A DNA stretch of 64,000 bases. It comes from Waddliaceae bacterium. GTDB taxonomy: Bacteria; Chlamydiota; Chlamydiia; Chlamydiales; Waddliaceae. The translations under genes and the position numbers were made by a program. Where the stretch lies: contig CAVRUH010000007.1 of NCBI GenBank assembly GCA_963724325.1, forward strand, positions 416,001 to 480,000. The letters run 5' to 3'. Below the pieces are notes generated by a model, which saw only the letters and a list, made by a program, of their open reading frames with translations, did no database searches and was not told where the DNA came from. Below, piece after piece: positions 39,197 to 49,414 of the stretch (positions are counted from its first letter, which is position 1; each line of letters begins with the position of its first letter).

Positions 39197-39714
39197 TTTT
39201 TCTTCCTTTCATTTAAAATCAGGGGAAACTGCTTCATTGAAAAATTCAGCTTTTTTTCCATGTAATCAATGACTTTTTCAAGGGTCTCAAGTAGCTTTAA
39301 TGTACCAGAATAGGCCGCATTTAAGGCCTCAGCCTTTTCTTCATCAGTCTCAGGATAGTCGTGCGAAAATAAATTACGAATGTCTCTGAGCTCCTTCCAA
39401 TCTTCAAAAGATTTCAAGATCTCTCTCTTTTCCATTTTATTGAGAATATCGAGGTTTGAACCAATTTGCTCCTCTTCAAGTAATAATATGCTTCGAAAAG
39501 TTTTATTTCCCAAACTGTCTTGTAAATCACAATAGCGAACACGAAATGCGTCTAGCTTATCCATGTCATCTTCGCTTAATCCTTGAAATGATTCATTATT
39601 TAAAGGAATCATATTTGATACTCTGTCATAGGACGTTAACAATAGTTTAGCCGAACGATAAGCCTCGTTGAAGTTTAGCAAGAACAGTTTTGCAATATTT
39701 TTGTCATAAGCCAT
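39193..39714 (-). CDS. HEPN-domain toxin / nucleotidyltransferase substrate-binding protein
   Basis: RNLFSHDY = RX4HXY; coupled to the MNT gene. Confidence 0.82.
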   Translation of the reverse strand: MAYDKNIAKLFLLNFNEAYRSAKLLLTSYDRVSNMIPLNNESFQGLSEDDMDKLDAFRVRYCDLQDSLGNKTFRSILLLEEEQIGSNLDILNKMEKREILKSFEDWKELRDIRNLFSHDYPETDEEKAEALNAAYSGTLKLLETLEKVIDYMEKKLNFSMKQFPLILNERKKN

Positions 39715-39784
39715 TGGGATCTACTTGTTGTTTATAGTAAAATATAACTATATTCGCTTGATGTTTTATATGTAAAGGTTAATT

Positions 39785-40504
39785 CTATTTCGTGCCAATA
39801 ACGATGGTAGCGATTCCGCCTGTTAGAGAAATGCGCTTAGTATTGTGAAAACCCGCTGTTTGGAGGACGTTTTCTAAAGTCTCGGGAGGAACAAAGGTAT
39901 GAATGCTGTTGCATAAGTACTGATAGGCATCCTTATTCGAAGTCAGAAATCGTCCCATAATAGGCAACACGTAACGAAGATAAACAGAATGCCCAAAACG
40001 AAGAACTCTGTTCTTTGGCTGAGTCAATTCAAGAATTCCAAAAACACCACCCGATTTTAAAACTCTATGTACTTCCCTTACACATTTTAGTGGGTCCTTG
40101 ATGTTTCGAATTCCATAGGCCATAGTCGCTGCATCTATACTTTGGTTTGGAAGTGGTATTTCCTGAGCATCCGCTTGAATATAATGAATCAGATGTCGGT
40201 CCAAAGACAATTTGCCCGCTTTAATTTTTGCACACTCTAACATTTCGGGTGTAAAATCCAGCAAAAAGGTCTCGCAAGGAACTGTACGGCCCTTTAAATA
40301 ATTCAAGCCAATTTCTCCAGTTCCACAGCAAAGATCCAAAATATTATCCGGGAGGCGAGTCCCAACGACTTCCTTAACTAATTTACGATTCCAACATTTG
40401 TGCATTTGCATAGATAGCACTCCATTGGTCCTGTCGTACTGCTTTGCAATGTTTCCAAACATACTCTGAATTGTCTGAGGATCTTCTTTTTTATATTCAG
40501 TCAT
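39785..40504 (-). CDS. ubiE: Demethylmenaquinone methyltransferase
   Basis: MFGNIAKQYDRTN, LDLCCGTGE, AYGIRNI, AYQYLCNSI. Confidence 0.94.
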   Translation of the reverse strand: MTEYKKEDPQTIQSMFGNIAKQYDRTNGVLSMQMHKCWNRKLVKEVVGTRLPDNILDLCCGTGEIGLNYLKGRTVPCETFLLDFTPEMLECAKIKAGKLSLDRHLIHYIQADAQEIPLPNQSIDAATMAYGIRNIKDPLKCVREVHRVLKSGGVFGILELTQPKNRVLRFGHSVYLRYVLPIMGRFLTSNKDAYQYLCNSIHTFVPPETLENVLQTAGFHNTKRISLTGGIATIVIGTK

Positions 40505-40695
40505 TTTTTTGTTTTCTCACATATGCTGCAAGAAGTCTCCTCACTGCAATCTTTTTTCTTTTTTGTCGGATCACGCCCGCAAGTTCCAAGTTTAACCCGT
40601 GATTTTCCTGTTATAACCCAACTTATGCCAATTCCCAAAATGGCAAATAACAGAATAATAGCCGCTAAACCTGTTGTCACAAAAAGTGTTGACAT
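40501..40695 (-). CDS. Small membrane protein with Cys-containing tail
   Basis: TM helix then GTCG...C..C; ATGA overlap with ubiE. Confidence 0.7.
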   Translation of the reverse strand: MSTLFVTTGLAAIILLFAILGIGISWVITGKSRVKLGTCGRDPTKKKKDCSEETSCSICEKTKK

Positions 40696-40697
40696 TT

Positions 40698-42698
40698 CTA
40701 TTCTTCGCCCTCATCCTCATCATCAATATCGTCGAAATCATCGACTTCCTCTTCATCTAGACTCTCAACTTTCTTTACAGGTTTAGTAGAAGGTTTATAA
40801 ATCTTTTTTACCGGTTTTCCTTTCACGTAATCGATCCAAATGGGAGAACTCCAAGCCATATTGCCATCTTTTTGCGTTGCTCTTAGGTAGTAATAGACAA
40901 ATGGAGGCTTCTTATCCTTAGCATCAATGGTCACTTTTTCAAGAGGAACTAAATCGTCGTAAGCGAACTCTAGACTATATCCTGTTGGCTTATAACTTTG
41001 AATTACCTTGCCATTTCTTATGATTTCGATAAGCTTTAGGTCTCCAGTCCCTGCAACATAACCAGAAAGGTGTCGGTTGATCATCAATCCATGCTTATCA
41101 ATGGTATTTGTCTCGGAACCCATCGGCATGCCAGCGACATATAAGCCAACAATCATCCGCGCACCTGTTGTTGCGTAGCAAGATCGATTATATAAAGCCT
41201 CAAAAAGAGCAGCACGAGAATGCTCATTGGCAATGATCGCTGTCATACCAGGCATATATTGTTCCTGTTCATTTTCGAAGAAATCGGCATAGGTGCCGCG
41301 GTCGTCAAGACCTCCTGCAACAAATCCGAATCGTTTATTCTGTTTTAGGGCTGTCTGAATTGCCCCCTCAGTGGCTTCTTGAACACCTTTTTTTGCAGGA
41401 CCTTTTATCGGCAACGGATTTCCATCCTTTTGAGTGCACTCAGAAGACCCCCAAGAATTATAAATTTCTACGACTCTCTCAAAGTCGGGATTGAAATCAT
41501 CGAAGTTAAAGGTGGTTCCCTTCCCCATAGTAAAGCCGGGGATTGATATGAACTCTTTAGGAGAATGAGTCTTGTATATTTTTTTTAGGCTGCTGTTTTT
41601 AATATCTTTTTTGCGGAGAATAGGCTTTCCCTCTTTTGACCAGATAAACTGGCGGAGCCCTTCGGTTTTGTCATCGCCTTGCCACTGAAAGCCTAGCATA
41701 GTGACAAAGCGTTCGGCTTCATCAAAATCGGCAATATTTTGAGAAACCAATTTCCAAATGTCAGCAGGAGTCTCTTCAATATCTTCAAATGAAGAAGAAC
41801 TAAAAAAATTCAACGATTTTTCATCGCGAAAATGTCTAAGGCAGCTTTCAATATTTTCTGTTGAGTCAATGCGCTCAGATTCACCATGGAGCAGTCCCCA
41901 GTAAAGGCATTTTTCGTTATCGGCAAAGCATCTGATTGGAGCCGACCGGAAAATATCCCCTGTGGCTTTATTGAGAAGTTGAATTGTATAGACGCCTGCT
42001 TCGTTAAAATAGAGGTTGGGGAGAGCAATGAATCCCGTTTCAGGGACAAATAACTTCCAGTTAAGATTCTCTCTTAAATTTTCGTAACTTAATTCCACAA
42101 GAGTATCGTCGGGTGCATTATTTGTAAGGTTGCCGAATTCATCTTCAAAGCGAACAATGACATCAAAGCGTTTATTTCTAGTGACGAAAGAAGGCGACAA
42201 CAATTTAATAGTGAAAAGTTCACTCCCGCGGATATCTAATGAAAAGACTTCTGGGTCTCCAAATTGTCCCTTGCCTGAAGTATCAATTGACAGAAGAAAA
42301 GTACGCCTTCTCTGTGAGTACGATTGAGCTCGAGTTCCGTTTTTTGGTCCTGTTTTTTCGATATTTTTAGTTGCACCAAGAATGATTGTGATGTTATCAC
42401 CGGTTTCCAGCTTTAGAGGTAGTGTGAATTCGAAAACAGGGGCAAAACGATCAGGAACGTCAACTTCATGTGCCTGGAGTATTTTCCCGTCATCCAGCTT
42501 TGCATAAATTACATTTCCAGCTTCTTTGATGTTTATCGAGGGTATCTCCCAATCAATTTCTCTTCCATCACTCATAAGATCAAAACGAAGTCTTGATCCT
42601 TTCGGGAGTGGAGAAGCCGTAGTGTAAATAAATTTCCAGGTGTTGACTTCTCCCGCTGTTGCCTGGTTTGGTTCACAGAAACAAATGGAACGTCGCAT
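40698..42698 (-). CDS. DUF3604-domain (PHP-like) conserved chlamydial protein
   Basis: WGLLHGES, VEIYNSWGSSE, RSCYATTGAR, YYLRATQ.DG.MAWSSPIW; acidic tail. Confidence 0.82.
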   Translation of the reverse strand: MRRSICFCEPNQATAGEVNTWKFIYTTASPLPKGSRLRFDLMSDGREIDWEIPSINIKEAGNVIYAKLDDGKILQAHEVDVPDRFAPVFEFTLPLKLETGDNITIILGATKNIEKTGPKNGTRAQSYSQRRRTFLLSIDTSGKGQFGDPEVFSLDIRGSELFTIKLLSPSFVTRNKRFDVIVRFEDEFGNLTNNAPDDTLVELSYENLRENLNWKLFVPETGFIALPNLYFNEAGVYTIQLLNKATGDIFRSAPIRCFADNEKCLYWGLLHGESERIDSTENIESCLRHFRDEKSLNFFSSSSFEDIEETPADIWKLVSQNIADFDEAERFVTMLGFQWQGDDKTEGLRQFIWSKEGKPILRKKDIKNSSLKKIYKTHSPKEFISIPGFTMGKGTTFNFDDFNPDFERVVEIYNSWGSSECTQKDGNPLPIKGPAKKGVQEATEGAIQTALKQNKRFGFVAGGLDDRGTYADFFENEQEQYMPGMTAIIANEHSRAALFEALYNRSCYATTGARMIVGLYVAGMPMGSETNTIDKHGLMINRHLSGYVAGTGDLKLIEIIRNGKVIQSYKPTGYSLEFAYDDLVPLEKVTIDAKDKKPPFVYYYLRATQKDGNMAWSSPIWIDYVKGKPVKKIYKPSTKPVKKVESLDEEEVDDFDDIDDEDEGEE

Positions 42699-42860
42699 AG
42701 TAAATTTCCCTTCTTTATATATTTGCTTTACCAAAATTCTAAACCACTGTGCAGTAACAAGCAACAAAAAATGTTCACAAAAAAAATAAAAAAAAGATTT
42801 GCTAAAAAAATTTCTTACATGTATTTATGTCTCACACACACAAAATAGGAGAATAAACTC

Positions 42861-43157
42861 ATGATTCAAGAATTTGCCAACGAGGTTTCCGTCACCAAAT
42901 ATTTTGTCGTTAAAAATGACCGCGGGTTGCATACCCGGCCGGCAACCGAGATTGTAAAATGTGCATCTTCGTACAATTCAGAAATTCAGTTCACTTACCA
43001 TAAGAATGTAATCAATGCAAAATCCATTCTTGGAATTTTAATCTTGACAGCAGGCAAAGGAGCGCGTATTAAAATAACAGCAGTGGGACCGGATGCCGAG
43101 GAGGCTGTTGATGCTTTACTGGATCTGGCCGAAAGTAAATTTAATATCAATTACTAA
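42861..43157 (+). CDS. ptsH: Phosphocarrier protein HPr
   Basis: GLHTRPA (His15 motif) and NAKSILG (Ser46 motif). Confidence 0.94.
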   Translation: MIQEFANEVSVTKYFVVKNDRGLHTRPATEIVKCASSYNSEIQFTYHKNVINAKSILGILILTAGKGARIKITAVGPDAEEAVDALLDLAESKFNINY

Positions 43158-43165
43158 GGTTTATA

Positions 43166-43510
43166 ATGAGCTTTAATCTTTCACAGTTTCTTCTGAATGA
43201 GGGATCATTTCAGACGCAAGAATTTAATCCGGGCATAGCAATTATTAAAGAAGGGCAGCCCCCTCAAGGCGTCTATTACATTTTGAGTGGTAAAGTAGAT
43301 ATATTTAAGGCTGGTGCGATAGTTAATAGCATTGGAACGGATCATATTTTCGGCGAATTAGGTATAATTACTGGCCAACCGCGACGGGCCACTGCTATTG
43401 CACATGATTTAGTTAAAGTCATCTTAATTCCCACTCTCAAATTCAGAGAATTATATCAAAAAAATCAAGATGTCAGGGTGATCGTCGACCGTCTCATCAA
43501 AGAATACTGA
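43166..43510 (+). CDS. Stand-alone cyclic nucleotide-binding domain protein
   Basis: IIKEG, YYILSGKV, FGELG...PRRATA phosphate-binding cassette. Confidence 0.88.
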   Translation: MSFNLSQFLLNEGSFQTQEFNPGIAIIKEGQPPQGVYYILSGKVDIFKAGAIVNSIGTDHIFGELGIITGQPRRATAIAHDLVKVILIPTLKFRELYQKNQDVRVIVDRLIKEY

Positions 43511-43548
43511 TCACAGATCATTCTTAAAATTCACTAAAAAAAGAAAAT

Positions 43549-43592
43549 AGGATATGAAGGCATACGCATCAACCTAAAATATCTTTTACCAC
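43549..43592. repeat. Truncated copy of the composite element at 3533-3575
   Basis: 43554-43592 identical to 3537-3575 (39 bp). Confidence 0.85.
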
Positions 43593-43981
43593 GTTGAAGT
43601 ATGCTTATCAGTGATATCGAGGATTAAGGCCAATCGGCAGCGTATTTGATCTAAAGTTTTGGTTGAAATTTTACCTAGGATAACATAGCCACCACTTTTC
43701 TTTTCTAAGCGTTCCATTGAAAGTGTACGAATTTGATAGCAATCAATCACAGAAGGTTTTGATAATATTATGTCATCGAAGTTTGGTATGGAAACATAGT
43801 GATGTCTAGCTCTTTTCCCGTTATCGTCTGTAATTGGCAAGACTATAGCCAATTTTAATGGTGTACCCCCAACTTCTATGATGACACACGGCCGTTTTTT
43901 CTGTTTTTCATCGCCTTGTGTTGGATTAAGATTTGCTACAACTACGTGACCAGTTTCAAGTATTAGTGAAGTCTTCGGCAT
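43586..43981 (-). CDS. PemK/MazF-family toxin
   Basis: NLNPTQGDEKQKKRPCVII, LPIT, SVIDCYQIRTLSMERL. Confidence 0.9.
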   Translation of the reverse strand: MPKTSLILETGHVVVANLNPTQGDEKQKKRPCVIIEVGGTPLKLAIVLPITDDNGKRARHHYVSIPNFDDIILSKPSVIDCYQIRTLSMERLEKKSGGYVILGKISTKTLDQIRCRLALILDITDKHTSTW

Positions 43982-44186
43982 CTACACCCTCCCAAAGATA
44001 TTCACTTTCTCCTTCGATATAATCGTTAAATGCTTCCTGTTTCCACTTTTGTCTCATTTCGGAAGTTAATTTTTCCCGCAAAAGATCAAGCGCAGAATCG
44101 ATTAATTGCGTTCGAGTGGAGTAACCAAAAATTTTATAGTCATTGACGAGAGTTTCATTCTTTAGGTGACCGATATTCATTGCCAA
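43956..44186 (-). CDS. Putative cognate antitoxin
   Basis: Small ORF with GGAGG RBS overlapping the toxin start; TRTQLIDSAL helix; acidic tail. Confidence 0.7.
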   Translation of the reverse strand: MAMNIGHLKNETLVNDYKIFGYSTRTQLIDSALDLLREKLTSEMRQKWKQEAFNDYIEGESEYLWEGVDAEDFTNT

Positions 44187-44255
44187 CCTCCTTTGATTTC
44201 TATTATATCATAATACATATTTTTGCGCAAATTTTTGATTATTTATCTGTTGCAA

Positions 44256-45023
44256 TTACTGATCGGTCCATAACTGATTGAAGGCGAACATCGTGATGCT
44301 CATAATAGTGGCTGGGAAGAAAAGACGCCATGGGTAGTACTCCATGGAGGCAAGGGCCTCACTGATCATTGTTCCCCAGCTAGCCGCAGGTGCTTGCACA
44401 CCTAGACCCAAAAAACTCAAAAAGGCCTCAGTGAAAATCGCTGCCGGTATAGTAAGCGTTAATGTTGCAATAATGGGACCTGAAGCATTGGGTAATATTT
44501 CCTTAAACAATATCCTGAAAAATCCGGCACCCAAACAACGCGCCGCCATGACATAATCTTGCTCCTTTAAATACAAAATCTGACCACGTACTATTCGAGC
44601 CATAGTAATCCATCCGATCACACTCATGGCTGCAATAATAGTAAACAATCCAGGCCCCATCATCACCATTAAAAGGATCACAATCAGCAAATAGGGGAGT
44701 GAAAAAAGACAATCAGCTATTCGCATCATCACACGATCAGTATTTCCTCCTGCAAGCGCAGCAACTCCTCCCCACAATACACCAATCACAAGATCGACAA
44801 ATGCGGCCGCTGTCCCCACAAAAAGGGAAATTCTGGCTCCATACCACACCCGTGTGAAAATATCCCTGCCAAGATCATCCGTGCCAAACCAATGGGCCAT
44901 AGAAGGCGCCATATTTTTTTGTGCAAGAGAAGTCTGAGAATATGTGTAGGGCGTGATATGAGGACCAAAGATGGCCATAAATACAATAAAACAAATAATT
45001 CCGAATCCTATTCGAGATGACAT
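44256..45023 (-). CDS. oppC: Oligopeptide ABC permease
   Basis: HWFGTDDLGRDIFTR..YGARISL, EAFLSFLGLG. Confidence 0.93.
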   Translation of the reverse strand: MSSRIGFGIICFIVFMAIFGPHITPYTYSQTSLAQKNMAPSMAHWFGTDDLGRDIFTRVWYGARISLFVGTAAAFVDLVIGVLWGGVAALAGGNTDRVMMRIADCLFSLPYLLIVILLMVMMGPGLFTIIAAMSVIGWITMARIVRGQILYLKEQDYVMAARCLGAGFFRILFKEILPNASGPIIATLTLTIPAAIFTEAFLSFLGLGVQAPAASWGTMISEALASMEYYPWRLFFPATIMSITMFAFNQLWTDQ

Positions 45024-45925
45024 TATTTCCTCATAATCCTTGGATCTAATCTTTTGTATAGGGCATCGCAAAACCACACACAACTTAGGAGAATGACCCC
45101 ATAAAATATTGTAACACCCATTATTACTGAGTAATCACGATTAATAACACTGACGACAAACCAACGCCCCAAACCAGGTATTCCAAAAATTTTCTCAATG
45201 ACAAAACTGCCGACAAGAATATTGGCGCAAAGCTGTCCTAAATAGGGGAGTATAGGAAGCAAACCATTTTTTAGACCATGAAAATAGACTACACGGTTTT
45301 CGGGAATTCCTCTTGCGCGAGCTGCGGTGATATACTTTTTATCTAAAACCTCTATCATGTTGGTTCTGACGAACTTAGCTACAATTGCCGTTGGATATGC
45401 AGCTAGTGATATCGCGGGCAGCACCGATTGCATAAAGGTCCCCCAGCGGGCTACTGGAAATATACCAAGTTTCACCCCCAGAATGTACTGTAGAAGGGTA
45501 GCTATCATAAAACTTGGAATCGAAACACCCAAAGTAATCAAAATCGCCAACATATGATCCTGCCATTTTGTCTTTTTTAGGGCAGAAAAGGTTCCCAAAA
45601 CAACGCCTAGTGCAATCGCTAATGTCAGTGACTCCAGACCCAAAATGAGTGATATGGGAAATCCTTCGTTGATGATTTGATTCACCGTTCGGTCCTTGTA
45701 CTTAAAAGAGGGGCCGAAATCCCAGGTAACAACCGATTTAAGATAGCAATAATACTGATTGTACCAAGGTTTATCAAGTCCATATTGTCTTCTCAGTCCA
45801 GCTTGTATTTCCTCGGGTAGCGACTTTTCATCAGCAAACGGATCTCCAGGAATAATCCTAATTAAAACAAATGTTAGAGTCAACAGCACCCATAAGGTTG
45901 CGATAAACGAAGCAAATTGCTTCAC
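45023..45925 (-). CDS. oppB: Oligopeptide ABC permease
   Basis: IPGDPF, YGLDKP, YITAARARG, VIEKIFGIPGLG, RDYSVI. Confidence 0.93.
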   Translation of the reverse strand: MKQFASFIATLWVLLTLTFVLIRIIPGDPFADEKSLPEEIQAGLRRQYGLDKPWYNQYYCYLKSVVTWDFGPSFKYKDRTVNQIINEGFPISLILGLESLTLAIALGVVLGTFSALKKTKWQDHMLAILITLGVSIPSFMIATLLQYILGVKLGIFPVARWGTFMQSVLPAISLAAYPTAIVAKFVRTNMIEVLDKKYITAARARGIPENRVVYFHGLKNGLLPILPYLGQLCANILVGSFVIEKIFGIPGLGRWFVVSVINRDYSVIMGVTIFYGVILLSCVWFCDALYKRLDPRIMRK

Positions 45926-45932
45926 CTACACC

Positions 45933-47507
45933 TCACTCAACCGAAGCATGTTTAAAATCAAGATACCCCAAATCAGAAAAGTAAACTCCTTTTACTCTAT
46001 CTGCCTTCAAATAATTGTACGATCCAAAAAAGAGCGGCACAACAGGCATTTCCTCAACCAATAACGCCTCAGCTTTGTTGAGGAAATTGGCTCTTTTTTC
46101 AGCATCCAATTCATTCTGTGATAGATCAAGAAGAGCTATATAGATTGGATTCTCCCATTCGGTATTATTAGTGGCATTTTTGCTGAATTTGAATACCTCA
46201 AGGAAGTTGACTGGATCCCGAATATCCGCATACCAAGAGCCTAATGCAATTTGGTAGTCTTTTTGTTTTAATCGATAAAAGAAAAGCTGGCTTTCGCATC
46301 CATCTAGTTGAACAGTAATCCCGAACACCTTATTCCATTGCTCCTGGACAGTTTGAGCAATTTTATGATTTCGATCGTTCATCGCATACAAAAGAGTAAC
46401 CGAAGGAAATTCAGCAGGGGTGATATTTTTTTCACTCAATCCTTTTTCGATAAGTTCTTGCGCCAGTTGTTCCTCATTATCTACAAAAAATGGCATTGGA
46501 TCGTCTTTCATTGAAGGGGGTATAATTCCCAATGCAGGCAACTGATTCCCTTGTGTAACATGCTCTACAATGTCTTTTCGATTTAATGCATATGCGAAGG
46601 CTCTTCGAATTTCGGATTGATCAAAGGGTTGTTTTGAAGTATTCAGTCTAAACCAATGAGTACCCGCGGCAGTTGAAACCTTTAAGCGACCTTGATTTTT
46701 GAGTGTTTGAACAGCATCTTGTGGAAGTGTTGAAAGGGGAGAACCCACCCAATCGACATCTTTGTGTTCAAAAAGCTGTAGAGCTGTATTTTCATCGACA
46801 ATGACCAATGCAATTGCATTCAATTTCACCTGTGAAACATCCCAATAATAAGGATTTTTGCTCACACCAAATTCATTATGGTGCTTCCAATGATTAAACT
46901 TGAACGGGCCATTAGAAATAATGCCTTCTGGATGCTCACCATGGCTTTCACGTGTATCAGCATGTACCGGAAAATAGAAATGCGTGGTGAGAAGCTCGAG
47001 AAAATAAGGTGTAGGGGATTCTAGCGTCACAATAAGGGTGTTTGCATCTTGGGTGTAGACTCCAATATCATCCAAAGCAAGTCTCCCTTCTTTGGCTTCT
47101 TTTGCTCCTTTAATCACATACAATTGATATGCATTCGGAGCAGGGAATCTTGGATCTAAAATAGTTTTCCAAGTTTCTTCAAAATCCTGAGCAGTAATGA
47201 CATCCCCATTCGACCAATAAGCAGTACGCAATTTAAATGTGTAGGTTAGATGATCATTCGAAATACTCCAGGATTCTGCAACAGCGGGCTGTAATTTCCC
47301 GTCTAGTCCTACAGTTGTTAATCCTTCGAATAGCATATGAAGCGGTGTCACAGTAATTAAATCGCGTACCAAGCGCGGGTCTAACGATGTTAAATCGTCT
47401 TTTGAAGCTAGACGGATATCAGGCATCCATTCTCGGGTTGTTTTTTTCTCTTTATCTGACTGACAACCAACTGTTAAAATCAATACTAGGATAAGTAATG
47501 AACGCAT
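45933..47507 (-). CDS. oppA: Oligopeptide ABC substrate-binding lipoprotein
   Basis: Lipobox TVGC, SLDP, LFEGL, WSNGD.ITA.DF, SNGPF, KNPYYWD. Confidence 0.93.
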   Translation of the reverse strand: MRSLLILVLILTVGCQSDKEKKTTREWMPDIRLASKDDLTSLDPRLVRDLITVTPLHMLFEGLTTVGLDGKLQPAVAESWSISNDHLTYTFKLRTAYWSNGDVITAQDFEETWKTILDPRFPAPNAYQLYVIKGAKEAKEGRLALDDIGVYTQDANTLIVTLESPTPYFLELLTTHFYFPVHADTRESHGEHPEGIISNGPFKFNHWKHHNEFGVSKNPYYWDVSQVKLNAIALVIVDENTALQLFEHKDVDWVGSPLSTLPQDAVQTLKNQGRLKVSTAAGTHWFRLNTSKQPFDQSEIRRAFAYALNRKDIVEHVTQGNQLPALGIIPPSMKDDPMPFFVDNEEQLAQELIEKGLSEKNITPAEFPSVTLLYAMNDRNHKIAQTVQEQWNKVFGITVQLDGCESQLFFYRLKQKDYQIALGSWYADIRDPVNFLEVFKFSKNATNNTEWENPIYIALLDLSQNELDAEKRANFLNKAEALLVEEMPVVPLFFGSYNYLKADRVKGVYFSDLGYLDFKHASVE

Positions 47508-47632
47508 AAGGACCCTCCATTAAGAAAAGCCATTAAATATGAAATTCCCATAAATATCAATCACTTTTCTCTTGCACCTCTTTGCGACATAGTCTATATA
47601 GAGATAATAAGGTAAATCAATGAGGCACCAAC

Positions 47633-48211
47633 ATGTCAAACGCTAAAGGACTGTTTATTATCCTGGGGATCCTATTTTTTTCGGTCTTTTTTGGATTAGT
47701 TTTTCTAAAATTAGGAACACACTTAAATCCTGTACCTGCTGCAGAATACAATTGGCTAGAATACACTTCACCAACAAAAAGCTTTAAAGTCAAATTTCCC
47801 ACTTTACCACAAACGACAAGTAAAGTATTTACAGATCCAAACACTAACCAGAAGCGACTTTATGAAATGCACGTCTCCCAAATGGGCGATGGAACTGTAT
47901 TCATGGTCAGCACTATCACTTTCCCTGAAAAGAAAGCAAATGCTGATGATGACGAATTACTCGCAGCAGTGGCAAGTGATATGATTACATCCAACCCAAA
48001 AAATGTCATGATCAAAACAGAAAAAGGTACCTTTCAGGGCCATCATGCATTGACATTTTCTCTGAATGGAGACAACGTAAAAATATATGTTAAGACATTC
48101 GTTGTGGGTAACATAATATACATCCTCACTGAGATATCGCCAGAGGTACTGGCTGAACATAGTGAATATGACTTTTTTACAAACTCTTTTGAACTTATAT
48201 CTGGGAAATAA
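47633..48211 (+). CDS. Hypothetical membrane-anchored protein
   Basis: N-terminal TM helix; 192-aa ORF. Confidence 0.75.
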   Translation: MSNAKGLFIILGILFFSVFFGLVFLKLGTHLNPVPAAEYNWLEYTSPTKSFKVKFPTLPQTTSKVFTDPNTNQKRLYEMHVSQMGDGTVFMVSTITFPEKKANADDDELLAAVASDMITSNPKNVMIKTEKGTFQGHHALTFSLNGDNVKIYVKTFVVGNIIYILTEISPEVLAEHSEYDFFTNSFELISGK

Positions 48212-48213
48212 CA

Positions 48214-48777
48214 ATGAAAACCAAATTTTTAATGACATTATTCTTTCCTCTATGCCTTTTTGCCGAGGTTATTGAACCACCAAATGGCGACCATTTTGCG
48301 CAGCCCGGGATCATTGTACTTAAAGATGGTAAATGGGTTGGAGTTGATCACCTTTTCAACCTAACCAACAAAATTGAAGTCTATATTGAAGTGCAGAAGT
48401 CACCGACAATTACGGAAGAGATTAATACTGAAGCCATTAAAACATCTATAGAAACTCTTTTTAAGAAGGGATCGATTACAACAAAAGCAGAATCAACACC
48501 CCCTTTTCCCTTTTTTCATATGCTGATTATGATTATACCGGTAGAAAAGGGATACGCAGTGCTTTGCGAGGGACGTCTATTTGAATCGGTCCATTTAGAT
48601 CGCTTTATTACCGAAAAGAACATGTATTTCCAAGCCATCACATGGGAAAAGCAATTGCTTGTGATAGCACCCAAAGATACTTTTAGAGCCGAAATAGACA
48701 AAGCAGTTGATGAAATAGCCAATAGCTTTGTCACCCGCTACGCTTTCTTCGAAGGGATCAAAAACCGGCAGCATTAA
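48214..48777 (+). CDS. Hypothetical exported protein
   Basis: Signal peptide MKTKFLMTLFFPLCLFA. Confidence 0.75.
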   Translation: MKTKFLMTLFFPLCLFAEVIEPPNGDHFAQPGIIVLKDGKWVGVDHLFNLTNKIEVYIEVQKSPTITEEINTEAIKTSIETLFKKGSITTKAESTPPFPFFHMLIMIIPVEKGYAVLCEGRLFESVHLDRFITEKNMYFQAITWEKQLLVIAPKDTFRAEIDKAVDEIANSFVTRYAFFEGIKNRQH

Positions 48778-48796
48778 CCTTGTCGCCCAATACAGG

Positions 48797-48829
48797 AAAG
48801 GACCAAAAATACAGTTTTTTGGTCCTTTT
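48797..48829. terminator. Bidirectional terminator-like hairpin
   Basis: AAAGGACCAAAA...TTTTGGTCCTTT between convergent genes. Confidence 0.7.
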
Positions 48830-48842
48830 CGATTTTATTCCA

Positions 48843-49337
48843 CTACTTGTTTAAGCAATAGGTATAATATTCTTCTAGACCTCTTGCAACTACCTCTTTT
48901 TCAGGATCAGTTAAATAGAAAGTTTGATCTGATTTTTCTACAACTTTTGTACACTTTTCTAAAATAGTACCTTGTGTTTTTTCAATGTAGTGAAAATTGT
49001 ATTTTATAATATATTTTGACTCTTCTAGAAATTGTTGGTAAATTCGAATTTTATCAAGAGATCCATTTCCTGTTTCCAATATAATTTTTTGTAAATCTTC
49101 TTTGCCGAATATTTTTTCTCTTTCTAAGTTGACCAGGCAAACCACAACTTCAAGAAGACCTGCTGTTAATAAAGAGACAAATACGCGAATTACAATGGCA
49201 GCAATCCTTCGTACCTCATACTTTTTAGCGTCAACAGAATTTTGCGCTTGCTTTGGATCCACTAAATGGGGATAAGTTAAATAATTAATAGTCTTTTCAG
49301 GATTGCTAAGACGTTCTGGATTAATAAAGTATGACAT
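48843..49337 (-). CDS. Hypothetical protein with one long hydrophobic segment (Inc-like candidate)
   Basis: GGAGG RBS; IAAIVIRVFVSLLTAGLLEVVVCLV. Confidence 0.65.
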   Translation of the reverse strand: MSYFINPERLSNPEKTINYLTYPHLVDPKQAQNSVDAKKYEVRRIAAIVIRVFVSLLTAGLLEVVVCLVNLEREKIFGKEDLQKIILETGNGSLDKIRIYQQFLEESKYIIKYNFHYIEKTQGTILEKCTKVVEKSDQTFYLTDPEKEVVARGLEEYYTYCLNK

Positions 49338-49414
49338 ATAACCTCCAAGTTAATTTAATAACTCTAATTATATCAAATAATTATTAAGAATATGTAAAGA
49401 AAAATTTATAAAAA

